DNA of 64,000 nucleotides from Escherichia coli (GTDB lineage Bacteria; Pseudomonadota; Gammaproteobacteria; Enterobacterales; Enterobacteriaceae): NCBI RefSeq assembly GCF_048403405.1, contig NZ_CP183135.1; one strand, 5' to 3'. Shown piece by piece: positions 58,336 to 64,000 of this stretch (position 1 is its first letter; each line of letters starts with the position of its first letter). The notes under the pieces were generated by a model. It saw only the letters and a program-made list of their open reading frames with translations, ran no database searches and was not told where the DNA came from. The position numbers and the translations under genes were made by a program.

Positions 58336-59283
58336 ATGTCTGGGGCAAACATTGTTCACAGCGGATATGGACTGCGCTGTGAAAAACTCGACAAGCCTCT
58401 GAATCTTGGCTGGGGGCTGGACAATAGCGCGGTGTTGCACTGGCCCGGGGAGCTGCCAACAGGGTGGCTGTGCGACGCGCTGGATCAGATATTTATCGCC
58501 GCACCACAACTTTCAGCAGTGGTTCTTCCCTGGTCCGAATGGTGTGAGGAGCCACAGGCGCTGACGCTTTTCGGACAGGTACAAAGCGACATTATCCATC
58601 GTTCCGCTTTCTGGCAGTTACCGTTATGGCTGAGTTCTCCGGCAAACCGGGCCTCCGGTGAAATGGTTTTTGATGCAGAGCGTGAGATTTATTTCCCGCA
58701 GCGCCCCCCCCGTCCGCAGGGTGAAGTTTATCGTCGTTACGATCCACGCATTCGCAGGATGCTGAGTTTCCGCATTGCCGATCCCGTTTCTGATGCAGAA
58801 CGTTTCACTCGCTGGATGAACGATCCGCGCGTTGAGTATTTCTGGGAGCAAAGTGGCTCACTGGAGGTTCAGATCGCCTATCTGGAACGCCAGCTCACCA
58901 GTAAACATGCATTCCCGCTGATTGGTTGTTTCGACGATCGGCCGTTCAGTTATTTCGAAATCTACTGGGCGGCGGAAGACCGCATTGGTCGCCACTATTC
59001 GTGGCAGCCCTTTGACCGTGGCCTGCATCTGCTGGTTGGTGAACAGCAATGGCGCGGAGCCCACTATGTGCAAAGCTGGCTGCGCGGGGTGACACATTAC
59101 CTGCTGCTGAATGAGCCACGTACGCAGCGCACAGTACTGGAGCCACGCACCGATAACCAGCGCCTGTTCCGCCATCTTGAGCCTGCGGGATACCGGACAA
59201 TTAAAGAGTTCGACTTCCCACATAAACGCTCGCGCATGGTGATGGCGGATCGTCATCACTTCTTCACGGAGGTCGGTCTGTAA
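58336..59283 (+). CDS. iucB: N6-hydroxylysine acetyltransferase IucB
   Basis: MSGANIVHSGYGLRCEKLDKPLNLGWGLDNSAVLHWPGELP... Confidence 0.93.
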   Translation: MSGANIVHSGYGLRCEKLDKPLNLGWGLDNSAVLHWPGELPTGWLCDALDQIFIAAPQLSAVVLPWSEWCEEPQALTLFGQVQSDIIHRSAFWQLPLWLSSPANRASGEMVFDAEREIYFPQRPPRPQGEVYRRYDPRIRRMLSFRIADPVSDAERFTRWMNDPRVEYFWEQSGSLEVQIAYLERQLTSKHAFPLIGCFDDRPFSYFEIYWAAEDRIGRHYSWQPFDRGLHLLVGEQQWRGAHYVQSWLRGVTHYLLLNEPRTQRTVLEPRTDNQRLFRHLEPAGYRTIKEFDFPHKRSRMVMADRHHFFTEVGL

Positions 59284-61025
59284 TGAATCACAAAGACTGG
59301 GATTTGGTCAACCGCCGCCTGGTGGCAAAAATGTTGTCTGAGCTGGAGTATGAGCAGGTTTTCCACGCGGAATCTCAGGGCGATGACCGCTACTGCATTA
59401 ACCTGCCGGGAGCACAATGGCGCTTCATCGCTGAACGTGGTATCTGGGGCTGGCTCTGGATTGATGCTCAAACTCTGCGCTGCGCGGACGAGCCAGTACT
59501 GGCTCAGACGCTGCTGATGCAGCTAAAGCAGGTACTGTCAATGAGCGATGCAACCGTTGCTGAGCATATGCAGGATTTGTATGCCACGCTGCTGGGCGAC
59601 CTGCAACTACTGAAAGCCCGTCGCGGGCTGAGCGCCAGTGACCTGATTAATCTTAATGCCGACCGCCTGCAATGCCTGCTGAGCGGTCATCCTAAATTCG
59701 TTTTTAATAAAGGTCGCCGTGGCTGGGGTAAAGAGGCGCTGGAACGATATGCGCCAGAGTATGCCAACACCTTCAGACTGCACTGGCTGGCGGTAAAACG
59801 TGAACATATGATCTGGCGCTGTGATAACGAGATGGATATTCATCAGTTGTTGACGGCCGCAATGGATCCGCAGGAGTTTGCCCGCTTCAGTCAGGTCTGG
59901 CAGGAAAACGGACTGGATCATAACTGGCTGCCGCTGCCGGTACATCCGTGGCAGTGGCAGCAAAAAATCGCTACCGACTTCATCGCTGATTTTGCCGAAG
60001 GCAGGATGGTGTCTCTCGGCGAGTTTGGCGACCAGTGGCTCGCCCAGCAGTCGCTGCGTACCCTGACCAACGCCAGTCGCCGGGGCGGGCTGGATATCAA
60101 GCTGCCGCTGACCATCTACAACACCTCATGCTACCGGGGGATCCCTGGCAGATACATCGCTGCCGGACCACTGGCTTCACGCTGGCTACAACAGGTTTTT
60201 GCGACCGACGCCACCCTAGTGCAAAGCGGCGCAGTGATACTTGGTGAACCGGCTGCAGGCTATGTCTCCCATGAAGGCTATGCCGCGCTTGCCCGGGCTC
60301 CCTATCGCTACCAGGAAATGCTTGGTGTTATCTGGCGGGAGAATCCGTGCCGCTGGCTGAAACCGGATGAAAGTCCGGTTCTGATGGCAACACTGATGGA
60401 GTGCGACGAAAACAATCAGCCGCTGGCAGGCGCATATATAGACCGCTCCGGGCTGGACGCTGAAACCTGGCTTACGCAACTGTTCCGGGTGGTCGTGGTT
60501 CCTCTGTATCACCTGCTTTGCCGCTACGGTGTCGCGCTTATTGCACATGGACAAAATATAACTCTCGCCATGAAAGAGGGGGTTCCACAGCGTGTTCTGC
60601 TGAAAGACTTCCAGGGCGATATGCGACTGGTGAAAGAAGAGTTCCCCGAAATGGACTCTTTGCCTCAGGAGGTTCGTGATGTTACATCCCGCCTGAGTGC
60701 GGACTATTTAATCCATGATTTGCAGACGGGTCACTTCGTGACAGTACTGCGTTTTATTTCGCCACTGATGGTTCGTCTTGGCGTACCTGAAAGGCGATTT
60801 TATCAACTGCTGGCAGCAGTGTTGAGTGATTACATGAAAAAACATCCACAAATGTCAGAGCGTTTTGCGCTTTTCTCACTTTTCAGGCCACAAATCATTC
60901 GCGTGGTGCTGAACCCGGTAAAACTGACCTGGCCTGATCTGGATGGCGGCAGCCGCATGCTGCCGAATTACCTTGAGGATCTGCAAAATCCGCTGTGGCT
61001 GGTAACTCAGGAATATGAATCATGA
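59283..61025 (+). CDS. iucC: aerobactin synthetase IucC
   Basis: MNHKDWDLVNRRLVAKMLSELEYEQVFHAESQGDDRYCINLPGAQW... Confidence 0.93.
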   Translation: MNHKDWDLVNRRLVAKMLSELEYEQVFHAESQGDDRYCINLPGAQWRFIAERGIWGWLWIDAQTLRCADEPVLAQTLLMQLKQVLSMSDATVAEHMQDLYATLLGDLQLLKARRGLSASDLINLNADRLQCLLSGHPKFVFNKGRRGWGKEALERYAPEYANTFRLHWLAVKREHMIWRCDNEMDIHQLLTAAMDPQEFARFSQVWQENGLDHNWLPLPVHPWQWQQKIATDFIADFAEGRMVSLGEFGDQWLAQQSLRTLTNASRRGGLDIKLPLTIYNTSCYRGIPGRYIAAGPLASRWLQQVFATDATLVQSGAVILGEPAAGYVSHEGYAALARAPYRYQEMLGVIWRENPCRWLKPDESPVLMATLMECDENNQPLAGAYIDRSGLDAETWLTQLFRVVVVPLYHLLCRYGVALIAHGQNITLAMKEGVPQRVLLKDFQGDMRLVKEEFPEMDSLPQEVRDVTSRLSADYLIHDLQTGHFVTVLRFISPLMVRLGVPERRFYQLLAAVLSDYMKKHPQMSERFALFSLFRPQIIRVVLNPVKLTWPDLDGGSRMLPNYLEDLQNPLWLVTQEYES

Positions 61026-62299
61026 AAAAAAGTGTCGATTTTATTGGTGTAGGGACAGGGCCATTTAATCTCAGCATTGCTGCGTTGTCACATCAGATCG
61101 AAGAACTGGACTGTCTCTTCTTTGATGAACATCCTCATTTTTCCTGGCATCCGGGTATGCTGGTACCGGATTGTCATATGCAGACCGTCTTTCTGAAAGA
61201 TCTGGTCAGTGCTGTTGCACCTACAAATCCCTACAGTTTTGTTAACTATCTGGTGAAGCACAAAAAGTTCTATCGCTTCCTTACAAGCAGACTACGTACA
61301 GTATCCCGTGAAGAGTTTTCTGACTACCTCCGCTGGGCTGCTGAAGATATGAATAACCTGTATTTCAGTCATACCGTTGAAAACATTGATTTCGATAAAA
61401 AACGTCGATTGTTTCTGGTGCAAACCAGCCAGGGAGAATATTTTGCCCGCAATATCTGCCTTGGTACAGGAAAACAACCTTATTTACCACCCTGTGTGAA
61501 GCATATGACACAATCCTGTTTCCATGCCAGTGAAATGAATCTTCGTCGGCCGGACCTTAGTGGAAAACGGATAACCGTGGTTGGTGGAGGACAGAGTGGT
61601 GCAGACCTGTTCCTTAATGCATTACGCGGGGAATGGGGAGAAGCGGCGGAAATAAACTGGGTCTCCCGGCGTAATAATTTTAACGCACTGGATGAGGCTG
61701 CTTTTGCTGATGAGTATTTTACACCTGAATATATTTCAGGCTTCTCCGGACTGGAGGAAGATATTCGCCATCAGTTACTGGATGAGCAGAAAATGACATC
61801 GGATGGCATCACTGCCGATTCTTTACTGACCATTTATCGTGAGTTGTACCACCGTTTTGAAGTTCTGAGAAAACCAAGAAATATCCGTCTGCTACCCAGC
61901 CGCTCGGTAACAACTCTGGAAAGTAGTGGTCCTGGCTGGAAGTTGCTGATGGAGCATCATCTGGATCAGGGCAGGGAGAGCCTGGAAAGTGATGTGGTGA
62001 TTTTCGCCACAGGTTACCGTTCTGCGTTGCCACAAATACTTCCCTCACTGATGCCCCTGATCACCATGCACGATAAGAACACCTTTAAAGTGCGTGATGA
62101 CTTCACTCTGGAATGGAGTGGCCCGAAAGAGAACAACATCTTCGTGGTCAACGCCAGTATGCAAACCCATGGCATCGCCGAACCCCAGCTCAGCCTGATG
62201 GCATGGAGATCTGCACGTATTCTTAATCGCGTAATGGGACGTGATTTATTCGATCTCAGTATGCCGCCCGCCCTGATTCAGTGGCGCAGCGGCACCTAG
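61022..62299 (+). CDS. iucD: L-lysine N6-monooxygenase IucD
   Basis: MKKSVDFIGVGTGPFNLSIAALSHQIEELDCLFFDEHPHFSWHPGM... Confidence 0.93.
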   Translation: MKKSVDFIGVGTGPFNLSIAALSHQIEELDCLFFDEHPHFSWHPGMLVPDCHMQTVFLKDLVSAVAPTNPYSFVNYLVKHKKFYRFLTSRLRTVSREEFSDYLRWAAEDMNNLYFSHTVENIDFDKKRRLFLVQTSQGEYFARNICLGTGKQPYLPPCVKHMTQSCFHASEMNLRRPDLSGKRITVVGGGQSGADLFLNALRGEWGEAAEINWVSRRNNFNALDEAAFADEYFTPEYISGFSGLEEDIRHQLLDEQKMTSDGITADSLLTIYRELYHRFEVLRKPRNIRLLPSRSVTTLESSGPGWKLLMEHHLDQGRESLESDVVIFATGYRSALPQILPSLMPLITMHDKNTFKVRDDFTLEWSGPKENNIFVVNASMQTHGIAEPQLSLMAWRSARILNRVMGRDLFDLSMPPALIQWRSGT

Positions 62300-62380
62300 G
62301 GAAAACGCAGCCGGAGGCTGCTTCTTTAACTCGCTACACAGCATCTTTGGGCTGATTTTTTCCGCCCGTATGGAGGAATA

Positions 62381-64000
62381 ATGATGATAAGCAAAAAGTA
62401 TACGCTTTGGGCTCTCAACCCACTGCTTCTTACCATGATGGCGCCAGCAGTCGCTCAACAAACCGATGATGAAACGTTCGTGGTGTCTGCCAACCGCAGC
62501 AATCGCACCGTAGCGGAGATGGCGCAAACCACCTGGGTTATCGAAAACGCCGAACTGGAACAGCAGATTCAGGGCGGCAAAGAGCTTAAAGACGCACTGG
62601 CTCAGCTGATCCCTGGCCTTGACGTCAGCAGCCGGAGCCGCACCAACTACGGTATGAATGTGCGTGGCCGCCCGCTGGTCGTGCTGGTTGACGGCGTGCG
62701 TCTCAACTCTTCACGTACCGACAGCCGACAACTGGACTCTATAGATCCTTTTAATATCGACCATATTGAAGTGATCTCCGGTGCGACGTCCCTGTACGGC
62801 GGCGGCAGTACCGGTGGCCTGATCAACATCGTGACCAAAAAAGGCCAGCCGGAAACCATGATGGAGTTTGAGGCTGGCACCAAAAGTGGCTTTAGCAGCA
62901 GTAAAGATCACGATGAACGCATTGCCGGAGCTGTCTCCGGCGGAAATGAGCATATCTCCGGACGTCTTTCCGTGGCATATCAGAAATTTGGCGGCTGGTT
63001 TGACGGTAACGGCGATGCCACCTTGCTTGATAACACCCAGACCGGCCTGCAGTACTCCGATCGGCTGGACATCATGGGAACTGGTACGCTGAACATCGAT
63101 GAATCCCGGCAGCTTCAGTTGATCACACAGTACTATAAAAGCCAGGGCGACGACGATTACGGGCTTAATCTCGGGAAAGGCTTCTCTGCCATCAGAGGGA
63201 CCAGCACGCCATTCGTCAGTAACGGGCTGAATTCCGACCGTATTCCCGGCACTGAGCGGCATTTGATCAGCCTGCAGTACTCTGACAGCGCTTTTCTGGG
63301 ACAGGAGCTGGTCGGTCAGGTTTACTACCGCGATGAGTCGTTGCGATTCTACCCGTTCCCGACGGTAAATGCGAACAAACAGGTGACGGCTTTCTCTTCG
63401 TCACAGCAGGACACCGACCAGTACGGCATGAAACTGACTCTGAACAGCAAACCGATGGACGGCTGGCAAATCACCTGGGGGCTGGATGCTGATCATGAGC
63501 GCTTTACCTCCAACCAGATGTTCTTCGACCTGGCTCAGGCAAGCGCTTCCGGAGGGCTGAACAACAAGAAGATTTACACCACCGGGCGCTATCCGTCGTA
63601 TGACATCACCAACCTGGCGGCCTTCCTGCAATCAGGCTATGACATCAATAATCTCTTTACCCTCAACGGTGGCGTACGCTATCAGTACACTGAAAACAAG
63701 ATTGATGATTTCATCGGCTACGCGCAGCAACGGCAGATTGCCGCCGGGAAGGCTACATCCGCCGACGCCATTCCTGGCGGCTCAGTCGATTACGACAACT
63801 TCCTGTTCAACGCCGGTCTGCTGATGCACATCACCGAACGCCAGCAGGCATGGCTCAACTTCTCCCAGGGCGTGGAGCTGCCGGACCCGGGTAAATACTA
63901 TGGTCGCGGCATCTATGGTGCTGCAGTGAACGGCCATCTTCCTCTAACAAAGAGTGTGAACGTCAGCGACAGCAAGCTGGAAGGCGTGAAAGTCGATTCT
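62381..64000 (+). CDS. iutA: ferric aerobactin TonB-dependent receptor IutA, 5' partial (first 540 codons; continues beyond window end)
   Basis: By-eye translation from ATG 62381: MMISKKYTLWALNPLLLTMMAPAVAQQTDDETFVVSANRSNRTVAEMAQTTWVIENAELEQQ...; open to 64000. Confidence 0.9.
   Translation, partial: MMISKKYTLWALNPLLLTMMAPAVAQQTDDETFVVSANRSNRTVAEMAQTTWVIENAELEQQIQGGKELKDALAQLIPGLDVSSRSRTNYGMNVRGRPLVVLVDGVRLNSSRTDSRQLDSIDPFNIDHIEVISGATSLYGGGSTGGLINIVTKKGQPETMMEFEAGTKSGFSSSKDHDERIAGAVSGGNEHISGRLSVAYQKFGGWFDGNGDATLLDNTQTGLQYSDRLDIMGTGTLNIDESRQLQLITQYYKSQGDDDYGLNLGKGFSAIRGTSTPFVSNGLNSDRIPGTERHLISLQYSDSAFLGQELVGQVYYRDESLRFYPFPTVNANKQVTAFSSSQQDTDQYGMKLTLNSKPMDGWQITWGLDADHERFTSNQMFFDLAQASASGGLNNKKIYTTGRYPSYDITNLAAFLQSGYDINNLFTLNGGVRYQYTENKIDDFIGYAQQRQIAAGKATSADAIPGGSVDYDNFLFNAGLLMHITERQQAWLNFSQGVELPDPGKYYGRGIYGAAVNGHLPLTKSVNVSDSKLEGVKVDS

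Overview
This 64-kb window reads as a mosaic segment of an IncF-type (RepFIB) multidrug-resistance and virulence plasmid from Enterobacteriaceae; I did not find a convincingly novel system. All calls rest on reading the sequence and ORF track by eye against remembered protein families; no database search was run. Left to right: the 5' conserved segment of a class 1 integron (attI1, Pc, intI1, IRi) embedded in the Tn21 transposition module (tnpM, res, tnpR, tnpA, IRtnp), with IS26 inserted in tnpR; a Tn9/Tn2670-like catA1 region with IS1; a Tn10 remnant carrying tetR/tetA(B)/tetC/tetD whose IS10 is split by a second IS1 and abuts an IS26 fragment; an apparently chromosome-derived FetMP/P19-type ferrous iron uptake cluster ending in a truncated agp; an IS4321/IS5075-like element sitting in the terminal repeat of a second, truncated Tn21-subgroup transposon; the IS26-bounded aac(6')-Ib-cr, blaOXA-1, truncated catB3 unit; an IS66-family remnant carrying IS100; a frameshifted TonB-dependent receptor with a DUF4198-like partner; an internally deleted IS2; an AT-rich islet with an orphan PapB-family regulator and an unrecognised membrane protein; the RepFIB replicon; a third IS1; and the ColV-type virulence module sitABCD, eno fragment, crcB, shiF, iucABCD and the start of iutA. 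The most open questions are the AT-rich islet, the FMN-binding protein beside fetM, and the receptor pair with its palindromic operator. No tRNA, rRNA or CRISPR array was seen.
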